Shown here: one piece after another, positions 28,631-40,314 of the stretch | Position numbering within the stretch: the stretch's first letter is position 1 | Layout of the letters: each line of letters starts with the position of its first letter | Origin: Chlorokybus atmophyticus | Lineage: Eukaryota > Plantae > Mesostigma and Chlorokybus algae | Direction: 5' to 3' | NCBI GenBank assembly: GCA_009103225.1 | Contig: RHPI01001292.1 | Span: forward strand, 287,243-351,242 | Length of the DNA stretch: 64,000 nucleotides | Program-made: the position numbers and the translations under genes | Notes under the pieces: generated by a model | Told to the model about the DNA's origin: nothing | The model's input: only the letters and a program-made list of their open reading frames with translations | Databases searched by the model: none

Positions 28631-31600
28631 TCACGTCTTATTTTGCATCTGGTACCAGCTCCAAACCTGCAAATCAACCCCGTACTGGTTGAGAAAGGAC
28701 ATCCAACTATTGGCTTGCAGTAATTTGCCATTATGTCTTGAAGATCCCATCACCTCATTGAGAGAGCGGAGTTTGCGTGGAGGGCCAAACTTGGCAGGCG
28801 TGACATAGTAGTGGTCAACATGATTGCGGGGATTCTTGCGCGTGATGTTCTCCACGTGCCATTTGTCCAACCGCACCTGCATTGGGACACAACGATTAGG
28901 CAATGGCACACACTCATGCAATGCTGCATGAATACTACGCAACGGCCATGTGATAACCACGATTGTCGCTACTACGAATGGTTGCTTTATCATGCAGTAG
29001 CCGCAGCATTACGTGTAAATGCAGCAACTCGCTACATATCAAGCAATGTTGCAAGGAATGCCAACCTTTTCTGACGCCCAATCGCGCTGAGCTTGTGTTG
29101 GACGGTACTTATGAAGAGCAGGATGCCTCTGAACGTGCCGAGCAGAAGGCTTTCGTCTGTTGCCATCATCCTGCATGGCGAGGTATCTGTGCATCTGGTG
29201 AGCAAAGCATGAAAGCGTTGCCATTAGAATGCATCAAGCATGATAGCATCAATATGCCAAAAGCCATTCTTCAGAGCCGCACCGATTCAAGGCTCTTGAA
29301 CTTTACGCCCTCAGGTGATATGTAATATCTATCTATGCGGTTGCAGTTAGACTTCCTTGCTTTCTGCAAAACCACCAAAGTAATAAATCAGACATGTATT
29401 GCGGGTGACAGTCTTGGCGTGTTTCGAAGGTCACTTACCTCTGCAGGCGACGCGTACACCAGCACAACAAGCAAGCAAAACACATGTAATTGTCAGCAGT
29501 TTGGTGGCATGCGCTTGCTGCACTACTACATAATTGAATAACATTACATACCCAACAAGGTCCAGCCCTCCGGCATAGGGTACTTGTAGAATTTGATGGC
29601 ATCTCTGAATCCTTGTGTATCACCCCCAAACATGGCATCCAGCTGGGTCAACAGCTTCTCGACCTGCACAGTAAACAATGCACATACATAACATGACAAC
29701 CTCTCTTTGGCCATACTCATTGTCTCTCAGGGCCCAGCCGCAGGGTACTCACCGCTTGCAAGCTATAAACAGCCTCATTGTCCCCTTGTTCTTCTTCTTC
29801 TTCTTCTTCTTCTTCTGCTTTTTTCCTCCGCAGCCGAGTCCTGAATTTGCTCTGTGCAAAGCGCTGGAATATTATGTTTGTGGCCTCTGGCTGGGCCGCG
29901 TCTTGGAAAGTAGCTACCGGCCCGCACACATTCTTGACCATCTGGAGAAGGTCATCATGGTCGATGATGCATTTGACACGGTGGGTGCGACGATAGATTG
30001 TTGGCTTACTGTAAGCAGGGTGGACACTTGCTCTGGAGTCCAGAAGGCCGGCAAGCTCTGCTGTTGAGTGGGTCTGTTTGCTGCGTATGCATTGCTTGCC
30101 TGTTGAGAGAGATGTGATGGTATCAATGAAGTCCAGCAATGCAGCAAATGAGAGGCTTACAACCAGATACAAATGTCAGTCATGAGCCACTGCTGTTCTC
30201 ACTATGTTGAAAAATAACAAGGCCTTGTGAAGAAAAGCCGGCCGCCACTTCTGGTTGTTGTTTTGGTCGTTGTCTTCACTTGCAGAGAACACTGCAAAGA
30301 CAAAAGCCAACCGCCGATTCGTATGCAACATGATATGCACAAAAGCTAGCACATGCTTACTGCATCATTACCAGACTGTAGAAATGCCAGCTGTTGTTGT
30401 ACTTCGGCCTCATCTACGAGCCGCATGTTCGGAGGCTCGCCAACCCTGTTGAGGCCCGCGACCTGCGTGTTCACAGCACCCAAGGCACACATGACAGTCA
30501 GATAAATCTATTGCAGCTCCCAGCAGCTTACAGCAAGCAAACAGCCAAGCAGAAGAAATGTTGTCAATGAGGATGATGTGTCATGTGCACTCACAATCTT
30601 GCGTAGTAGGACTTTTGTATTGGGTTTGAAGAGCTCCCCGACAGCCAGTAGGTCAGCGTGAACATGTTCGAAAATGGTGGTGATGCGTACAAGCTCGCCC
30701 CAGTTCTGGAAGGTCCAATCAAAGCTTGGAGTGAAGGTCGTGTTGGCATCCTTGCCTTTCATAAGCAGGTTCATGTGATCACGCAGGCAAATGGCAGCCT
30801 GGTGGCCCCGCATCCTGTGGAGATACACGCAGCGTGACATTGATGCGTGCACACAGTTGCAACTGTGTGCACGGAGTGTGCATGTTTGTACACACAGAGG
30901 TGTGCAAGCAAATGCGCGAAACAAGCACACGTGACGATGGAACCAGCTTGTTGCACCACGAGTGGTAGCAGTTATCGACAGTACGCTAACCTGGCATGCA
31001 GCTGTCCATTCTGCATCATAGCATCAATACCGCGAGCAGCAAAGTTGAAGTCACGCAGCGCAGCATGGTGTGCGCGAACAAGGGCGTCCGCCTCGCGCGC
31101 CACCTTGTCGATCTGCAGCGCCACATGCTCTGCAAGAGGAAAGAAAGAAAACAGACAGAGAGAGACATGTCGGCTGCCTGGTCTACTGGATGTATCATAC
31201 CACTTGTATCTGCTTGGATGACATATCAACAGGTTACGCAAGTCTGTGTGCATCTGTAAAGATGCATCACCGGCTACCAAAACCAAGAAGCTCAAGCATG
31301 CACATGTTATCAAACGCTTGCGGGCAGTGCAGTGATACATGTATATGCATGCCAGCGCCCATGCGTGCATGCATGTATGTCATACCTACAAATGGCATGA
31401 CAAAGGCTGCTTCGCAGGCGTCCAGCAGTTTCGGCAGCTTCGTCTCAGCAGTCACTAAGTTTCTCTGGTAGCTCTGTCGGCCTCGCTTAAGAGTTTCCAG
31501 CAGCTCCGCGCAAAACCGTGCCGCGGCATCAACGTTAGCCTGAAGAAAAGACATGTTGGACTCATGCAGTTATGAGGTTGTAAAAGAGCGCCAACAAGCG

Positions 31601-34600
31601 ATCATGACCGACTTTGCCTATGTGTGTATCTCTCGCACTTACGCTCTCGTATTTGTCCCACACGCCAGCCTCACGCACACTGAAGAGTTTCTGAATGAGC
31701 CGCTTTGCATCCTCCAACAGGTGCCGGGACTGGCTTGACATGATGGTTTGGCACCTGAAAGCGAAGCTCAGTAACATCGGTAAGAATCCCAATCCCATAT
31801 AGTTTCACGCAAACATAATGACGGAAGTATGCACACAACCTTCGGGCCAGTTTGGAGTTGTCCTTTAGCAGACCTTCTGATGGCGCCACGCTCGCTTTGT
31901 GTATGGCAACATACAAAACGTAAAGAGGGCTCAGGTCATCATCAACTTGCACGAGCTCCGGATTATCGAGCCAACTGAAAAGGGTATGCGCACAGCAGAC
32001 ACATTACAATTGTACTGAGCATGATCACATTGCAAGCACACATGCTATAGTGGCAGAACCATCCAACTGTGCCTCCGTAGCTTTCTCAAATGCAATCAGC
32101 AGACAAGTAGTGGACTATGATTTACCCGAAGCAGAGAGATGCAGGAAATTCCCAACCGGTTCCATCTGAGAAAGTTGACATCAAAACCCATCCCAGCCAG
32201 TTGTTATGCCAGACACACACTATGACTTAACGATTAAGTCAAGCAATGATGGCAATTGGAGTGTTAGTTACCAAAGAGGGGGTTGGCCATGACGTTCCAC
32301 AGCTTGTAGCCTACCATATACGGGACACACATCAGAACAGTAAGCAAGGAACAGTTGTGCATGCGCAGATGAATGTACCATTGACTTCCCCATCGCGCAG
32401 CAGAGACTGGATGTCCGGCCAAACCGGCGTGATCATGGCCTTGTTCCAGGAAGAAGGCCGAGACTTCCAGGCCGGTGTGACACGCTCTTGGCCATCTTCT
32501 GTGACGCCAGAAAGTTGCCACCCAAACTGCCATGTGTGTACTTAGCGGTCGTCGAGTCAACACAGCGTGTTGAACAATAATCAAGACAAGTACTGCTGCA
32601 GAGTACCTCTTCCACTGTACATAGCTTTCTCCCAACCTCGAACACCTTGTTCATCTCCTGCTGCACTACCTGCTTGAACTTCTCCTTCCAGCGCTCCAGT
32701 CTGCCAAATCACACCAGATTGCTCTTGACTTATTCAACTGCAAAGCAAAGCAAGCACTTGGTGTATCTGGAGGAGACAGTGCCTGACAATGTGGGTGCGC
32801 GCATCTGTGCGTGTGCGCCAGAGTAAGTGTAAACTCAGTGCTCGCAAGCATTCTGCACAGACACACCACCACTCACGGGAAGCTGTCCCACGCTTTGATG
32901 GCCTGCGGTGCAGCCTTGCGGAGGCGTTGACGTGCGAGCTCCTGCATGTTCCCGCCGCCTCCACCTGAGCTGGACAGGGCCACACGCAGGTTAAACAGCT
33001 CCTCCTGCAGAGCTGCAAACTGCGCCACGATGGCGGACGCGCTCCTGAGCAGCCTGCAAGCTTCATCCTAATATGCAAAGAGAGGTTCAGCCAGTCATTT
33101 GCTTTCAGCATTCTGATAATGGTGCGTGCCTAGTCAAAACCTTCACCGACTGTTATGTACAAACCAATGTATGTGCCAATCAGTAGCACAATGGCCACAT
33201 CCGCGCACAAACGCACGCGCGCGCGCATTTACACAAGCACAGGCGCTCACGCGCGCGCGCGCATGAACATGTACACGCATTTACTCTTGACGGCTATATG
33301 CAGGCACACTGCATTCCGTGTATACCTTGAGGCGTGCAGCACCCAGGGTGACGGCCTCTTGCAGGAAGCTCTTGAGCTCCGGCAGTCTTGAGCTCTCAAC
33401 CGACAGTTGCTCTTTGTGCATCGAGTCAAAAAAGAGCCGCGGGTACAATGCTATGGTTCGCACCTGCTCCTCTACTGTAGCCGCTGCGGCCCTCTCTGTG
33501 ACATGCAAGTTTGCCAGTGAGAAGTTGCAAGTAAAAAACTTGCACAAAGCAACACACTTTCTCGTCAAGCGCACCAGCTGCAACATGTGCTACGCCGTGT
33601 TGGCGAATGAGCATTTCTGCTACACACGCCTTCAGCGTGCTCTTGTGACCAGCAAACACGTCCGCCTCCTTCTTCATCAGCCTCTCACGCTCTAGCAAGA
33701 CACAACATGTCACGAACGACACAATTATGTCGATGCAACTTGATGCCATTGCCTCCAACCACACCTTGCGTGGGTCTGCCATTCAGCAGCGCCGTGCAGT
33801 TGAGACCCTTTTGGCTGTAAGGAAAGCATTTGTCGCCGAGCATGACGAGTGCCAACGCGTGGCGTTCGGCACGAGTCAGTGTCGCTGAGTTTGGAAGCGC
33901 CTTCTGCTTGGACTTGACCAACGGGGATGAGGCCACATCCTGGGAGGTGCGTACCACACGTGCGAGCGCGGCCAACGCAAGCTGCTGCAAACAACCGGAC
34001 TCCCGGCATGCCACTTTCACATCCCTGAACAGTTTCAAGCACGAACGAGACACTGAGACACTTGTGCGTTGCGAGACAATTGTGTTCGCAACAGGCAATA
34101 ATGCCCTTGGGGATAGTAAGAGCAATGCAAAGGTGCGATGTATAAGAGATGCATGTGGCTAACAGGAAGCTGCCAGCAACATGATACGTGATGCTTAACA
34201 TCTTGCCATCGTCTGTTGATTACCCATCAATCTTGCGGTTATCGACGAGGAGAAGCGTGCCCGAAGCTTCTCTTACGGCTCTATCAAGGCTTCTTGTGCG
34301 CGCGTAATCTTGATGTCCTGCCCCGGGCGCATCCACCAGATCCATGCCACCACCCACCACCTCCCAAGGACTGCAAAGTGGTGCATGCGTGGACACAAGG
34401 TGCAAGTACATACAAGTCATGCCAATCCTGCTTCAGTCCATGTAACACACGCGCGTACGTGCAGGGGCACATATACAAACAGTACTACACTGTACCCTTT
34501 TATGACCACCAGCTTAATCAGTCGCCACCAGGGATTGCAAGATTTTGTGGTGTGCCATGCAATGAAGTCTCGGACCTGCTGCATGGCCTGCATACGTGTT

Positions 34601-37600
34601 ATAGATGTTGTATAAGTGACGAACATAGCATAGAAAGGCATGGTGCGTGCACTTTGATTGCTACTGTGTATCTGGCAATGAAAGTTCAATTCAAGTCATA
34701 GGATACCAGAGTGTAACCCACCTGAGACCAGTTGCCAGAAGAGGGCGTGTACACCAGCTTATGTCCCAATCGATCCTTATAAACGGCTGGAAGCTACGGA
34801 GCCAGTAGTTTACACAAGTGCATGCATGTGCGTCTGTTGGTGTGTACGCAATTGCTGAATAGCACATGTCAGTCCACTCCCCACCTTGAGCTTGGCGACG
34901 TCAATCTCGTTGAGAGGCTGTTTGGGGTCAAGTCCAAACATGGCCTTTGCAGTGTCCAGCTCACGTGCATCAAGCATGCTACGCTGTTCACCATTCCCAT
35001 TGCGGTGGTCATCATCACCATCATCATCATCACCACCAGCGTCATAATTCTTGTCAACAGCAGCTTCTTCCTCCACACGCTGCCGCTTTTTCCGCTGGCC
35101 ACCTTTCTTTTTCACTATCTCGCGCAAAGCCGCTTTGCGTAAAGCAGTCTCTGCAGCTTGCTGGCATGCAAAGGTGGTGACAGGTTGTGAGCGTTAGGTG
35201 GTGGTTGTGTAACGTGTGATGGCTTCGCGTGTGTATGTGCTGGAGAAGCACATTCACGAGGCGTTATCATGCACGCACACATTGAGAAAGTACTTACCAA
35301 TTCTTTATCCGCTGCTGTGATTGCAAGCGTGAGGTCACGAGCCGCTTTGCCAACCGCCTCAACGCTCTCGTAATAAAGAACCACTTGAAGTCTGACACCT
35401 GCAACAAGAAGGGTTGGCTTCCTGCGCTCCAAGTTGTCCTGTATGGGGGTATGTGTGCTACTACAGAGTCTAATGCTTACCTTTTGTCATGTAGCAGGCG
35501 ACACACGTCGTGTCCATGACATCCCCTGCACTCAACAGATTAGATCGTTAACAAACACAAGGCTGGTAGCGCATGTGCACAACACACGTACGCAAGTTAG
35601 CACTTGCCTTCCGGGAGAAGGTAATAGTCTAACTCATCCATGTTATCAACCATTCTCAGATGCTGGTTGTCACCATTATTGACTCCCTCTTCAAACCGCA
35701 CGTCGTACTTATACCGGTGCCTGGCTTCCCTTAACTCCACATCGTGTTCATCCACCTCCTCCATGTCTGGGACCCAAACAGAAACTGTTCAACAATGTGC
35801 ATGCATGGGGGCTTGCATGTGTGCTTGTGGTCATGTGTGCGTGACTCCGTGTGTGTGTGTGTGTGTGTAAGCATCAAACCTGCGACAAATTGAACTGATC
35901 GAAGCTTTCTTTTGCCCGCTGCATCAATTGCGATCACCCTCGCTTCATACCACGCATTATCTTCCACGCAGTACTCCTATGATGAGATGCAAACAAGAGT
36001 CAGTTGTGTTTCGCACACCACAGGTGGTTGTTAGCATCTCACGCATACACGAACCTCAACAAGTGCGCCAACCGGGGCATCGCGTATCAGCTCCACCTGT
36101 GTAAGCAACATTGAGGGCACTTTGCACGTAGTGCGCGCACGTGCATGCGCGTGCGTGGGTGGCTGTGTGCAAGCCATAAGGTAGCCAACAACCTGACAGC
36201 ATTGGGTTACACACTCTACTTACAGGGCTGCTTATTGTCTTCACGAAGGGATCGTGCATCTCCGAAGCAACAACCTCCATCTCGGGTTTGAAACCATCTT
36301 CTTGTACCGCAGCTTTGTACGCAGCTGACAGGTAAACGATAGAGCAACATCAATGTACAGACTCTTTTACCATCATTTATCAATGGGCAGCAATTGAGAT
36401 GATGCATTGATGCTGTGGTTGTAATCCCCCAACACATACCATGGTTGGGCTCACTGGCTTGTAGTATGTAATTGAGCTGCCAAAGCAACAGTCAGTACAC
36501 AAGTCCAGAGGTCGACCTTGCAAACTGATGCAATGACACTCACTGTGCTGGATTTGCCCATTCCCGAGCGTGCAACAGCAACCGTCGATGCTGCCACAAG
36601 TAAGCCAAGTTACAGCATTGTGCTTCACATTCTTCTGTTTGTTTCGAACAAGTAGTCCTTAGCATTGCCTGTTAATGTTTGGGCACTTACCGCGAAGACC
36701 TTTGAGCTGGTCCATGATCTCAAGCAAAGAGGTCTCAATGTTGCGTATGCGCTCCGCGTCTGGCAGGGCACCACCCTGTCCGGCAATGAGTAGTAGGCAC
36801 TATCAGTTGGTGTTGTATAATAAACACGCACACGGGCGCGTGCACTTGCCATGTATACAATGGTAGGATAAAGACTTAGATATTCAGACAGTCTAGGACT
36901 GTTCAGTAGCGACAGCAATGGAGTAACCGTATGTTCAAATCCAGCACGGGGTGCAGTGCAGCAGGGGAGTAGTAAATTTGTTGTGTGCACAAGCGTGTGT
37001 GCACGCACGCGCGCACACACCAATTGTCACACATATATTGTTCAATGATAGGATGACGTAGTACAGCACTCCACACCTGTTGTGTCCGTATATCCTTGCA
37101 TGTCGCGACCATGCCGCCCATCTCCGGCAGGATGGCCGCGATATTGTTCTGCCAGCTGGACGTCCCACCATCGCAAAGCCTCCACCATTCGCCTGTGTAC
37201 CAGGCAGTTTGTAATCTTGCAACATACCAAGACTCAGAAACTATGCATTGATGTGCGCACATGGACATGTGTGTTCGGATGAGTCCTACACTGTTTCACA
37301 CATGCTTATAGAGCATGTACTGCATGCATGGCCAGTGTAAGAGTAAAACAAGCAGCCCAGAGCCTGACCAACAGCATCTGATCTGATGTGACATGTTGTG
37401 ATGTTGTCAAGTGGGGATAGTGTAATGCACTCCTGCTCACACACACCTTTCCCTGGGACCACTTCATTGTCGTCATCTTTATCGTCCGGCACACCATCAG
37501 TGTCGTAGCCGTCTTCTTCCTCCAGGTCAACGTCACTGAGCGCCTCCAGCTCCAGAGTGAACTCTCCTCCTTCTGCCTGCTGTTGCAAGAGAGGACTTTG

Positions 37601-37931
37601 CGCATGGGCATTAGCCTAAGCATACAACTGCAATGCTCAAGTGTCATGTCATGTGCTGAGCTCAAGCCAGAAGCCTCAGCAACTGCACAAGCAACAGCAC
37701 ACCTGTAAGCACAAGCACAAGCATGTGTACCATAAGCACAGGATCAAGCAAAAGCATGAGCGTCAACATGAGCATAAGCATGAGCGTGAGCACGAGCATA
37801 AGTATGAGCACGGAGACAGGCATGTTCATGAGCATGGGCATAGGCATGTAAGCGTGCATTGCAGCAGATCTGACTGCCATCTTTCAATACCATGGCGTAG
37901 ACTGTTATCCAACCTGCGCGTGCGTGCTCAT
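28631..37931 (-). CDS. Large multi-exon protein: dynamin-like (SLIP-GC/NUGGC-like) GTPase with internal Tudor-like domain and two C-terminal MBD-like domains
   Basis: About 38 phase-consistent exons traced by hand, roughly 1,450 aa. G1-like VAVARSGMGKSSTLNYIL (36590-36440), Tudor-like VGALVEEYCVEDNAWYEARVIAID...YKYDVRFEEG (36096-35680), G2-like LLPEGDVMDTTCVAC (35620-35481), G3 GMDLVDAPGAG (about 34345-34315). MBD1 is PMPEGWTLLEKARKSNCNRIDRYYISPEGVKFKSLESMHRYL. MBD2 is LDKWHVENITRKNPRNHVDHYYVTPAKFGPPRKLRSLNEVWSWY. The start codon is uncertain. Confidence 0.75.
37690..37850. repeat. Intronic degenerate hexamer array (AAGCAC/GAGCAT)n
   Basis: Visible tandem aagcac/aagcat/gagcat units in the first intron of the GTPase gene. 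Confidence 0.75.
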
Positions 37932-38791
37932 CTCTCCAGCCAACGTCACCACAGCGACAGCTGCTTGCTTGGCAACAAGACTTTTACGGAAGCAAGGTGC
38001 CTTGGGTCCAGCTGTCACTAGTCAGAGGCATGCATGCTCGGGTGCGTTAGCTAGCCTCTCCTGCTCCTCGTCATCGTCCTCCTCCTGCTCCTCCGCAGCC
38101 GAAGTCGCCACCTCCACCAAAGCTCTCCCGCACAACCCAATGCACATCAATGCACAGAGCTCAGCAACGGTCCCATTGGGAACTTCTGTGATGGTTGCGG
38201 CGGCGGCGGCGTGGTTGGCAGGGTCGTCGGCGCTGTTGTCCTCGTCAAGGGTTTCGTTGCCGTCGTTGTTTGCCCAACGGCGTGCCCCCAGGCTGAGGCG
38301 CTGTCCTCCTCACCGCCCAGGCGCAGCAGCTGCCGCTGCCTCGCCCAGCGCTGCGGCTGAAAGCATGGCCAGCGTTGTGGACGGTGAGCGATGCGTAGCT
38401 TAGCCCTTTTCTGGCCTGGTCTACTCTTGCTTGCTCACTTGCAATGCACGCAAGCAGGGGCGTGCTGCAATGTGTGCGATTGTGTGCTCAGATCAGGTGG
38501 CAATGTCAGCTCGTGCTTCTTAAGCTGGTCACTGCGCTTTGATTGCACAATAAATCATATTGTTGTTGTTATTCACCCTCCCTGCCTCCTGCGCAGCTGG
38601 AATTCTGGTTTTCCCAAATCTAGACACGCACACTGCGCACTCCCTTGGTAGTGTACACACCACCACAATATCGCTTAAAACACTCTGTAGTTGTTGTCCT
38701 ACAAACCTATCTCAAGGGCTGTCGTACTACAAACATGGTTGACTGTACTATCATGGCTATCATGGTTCAAACTGTGTGGGCTGCCACAGAT

Positions 38792-40314
38792 ATGCGGCTG
38801 CTGTCTGGCAAAGGGTTGACTGCCACCGCTGCAGAGATCAGAAATGTGAGTTGTGTTGTCTGTGCACAACTGTGCGTGCCAGCTTTCTCATTATAAGTAA
38901 ACCGCAGTTGGCTTTTGGCAGTTCACTGTGGGGGAGATGCCAGGCCCGTCACGATTTGTGAAGCCGCGCTCCGTCACATTCACGCAGGATGGAATGGTGC
39001 GCACCTGATGCAATACAAGGCTGAATGGTAACTCATGAATCCTTGCATATACACTGACTTACAAAGCCACACGCGGTCACATGACCCCTCCCTGCCCTCC
39101 CNNNNNNNNNNNNNNNNNNNNNNNNNNNNNNNNNNNNNNNNNNNNNNNNNNNNNNNNNNNNNNNNNNNNNNNNNNNNNNNNNNNNNNNNNNNNNNNNNNN
39201 NNNNNNNNNNNNNNNNNNNNNNNNNNNNNNNNNNNNNNNNNNNNNNNNNNNNNNNNNNNNNNNNNNNNNNNNNNNNNNNNNNNNNNNNNNNNNNNNNNNN
39301 NNNNNNNNNNNNNNNNNNNTGTCTCCCCCCTTTCTTGGCGCGCAATACAGCACGCATACACGCACTCAACGCACGCGTCCGCATACGCACATGTAAGCAG
39401 AGACACGCACCCACGCAGCCATGCACTCGCACACGCATGCACGCACGCACGCGTAAACGCATGCACGCACAGATAGACACGCATGCATCATGAGTGTATG
39501 TGTGCTGTCACGCACTTGCGTGCACACACACGGGCGCAGACACACATGCACGCAAGCAAGCAAACACAATGTCCCACCTTGAAGCTAGTACAAGCCACCA
39601 TGTACATTGCTGTCAAATCATCCAAAACATCCTTTGTTACATCAAGCCACTGCCTGCTATTCACACATCTCTCATTCCACGTGCAGAAGCGGCGTTGGGA
39701 CATGGTGCTCTCGCATCCATCTGTCGCCATCGTGTTGTACCACACCGGCTTGGATGCAGTCATACTGGTGAAAGAGCTGGGTGTTGGTGACCCAACTGTC
39801 CTCTTGCAGCGTTGTGTACTCATCATGTAAACCAACTTTGCAGGTGAGGCAGTTCAGGCCGGCGGTGTATGCGAGCGCATTGCGGGCGGCTTCAAGCGCG
39901 ACAACGGACAACGATGATATTGTTTCCTCAGATGTGTCACTGCCATTGAGCGTGGGCTTTGCATACGAGCTTTGCGCGGGCATCGTCGATAAGGCCGACA
40001 GGTCCCTTGCGGAGATAGCCAAAGAGGAGGTGTTGGAAGAATGTGGATTTGACGTGCCCGCGACCGCATTCAAGAAACTCACCTCTTTCGTGAGCTCGGT
40101 GGGGATATCCGGCCCGCGCCAGACCCTGTTCTTCGCCAAAATCGACGACACCATGCGTATCGCTGATGGCGGCGGTGGCGTTGATGGCGAGGCCATTGAT
40201 GTCGTGGCTTTGCCTGTATCCGCCATTGATCGTTTTGTGTTTGACGCCGACCTGCCCAAGAGCTCAGGTTGCATGTGGGGCGTCACATGGCTCAAGATGC
40301 ATCTCGGTAGGTGA
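38792..40314 (+). CDS. NUDT14: NUDT14-like Nudix hydrolase (UDP-sugar/ADP-sugar pyrophosphatase), 4 exons
   Basis: Exons 38792-38845, 38922-38996, 39687-39767, 39844-40314 are in phase. SRFVKPRSVTFTQDGMKRRWDM, VRQFRPAVY, YELCAGIVDK...EIAKEEVLEECGF (Nudix box), SSVGISGPRQTLFF and GGGVDGEAIDVV parallel animal NUDT14. In-frame upstream ATGs could extend the N-terminus. Confidence 0.85.
39102..39319. other. Assembly gap (218 N) inside NUDT14-like intron 2
   Basis: Run of N flanked by C-rich tracts. Confidence 0.99.
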
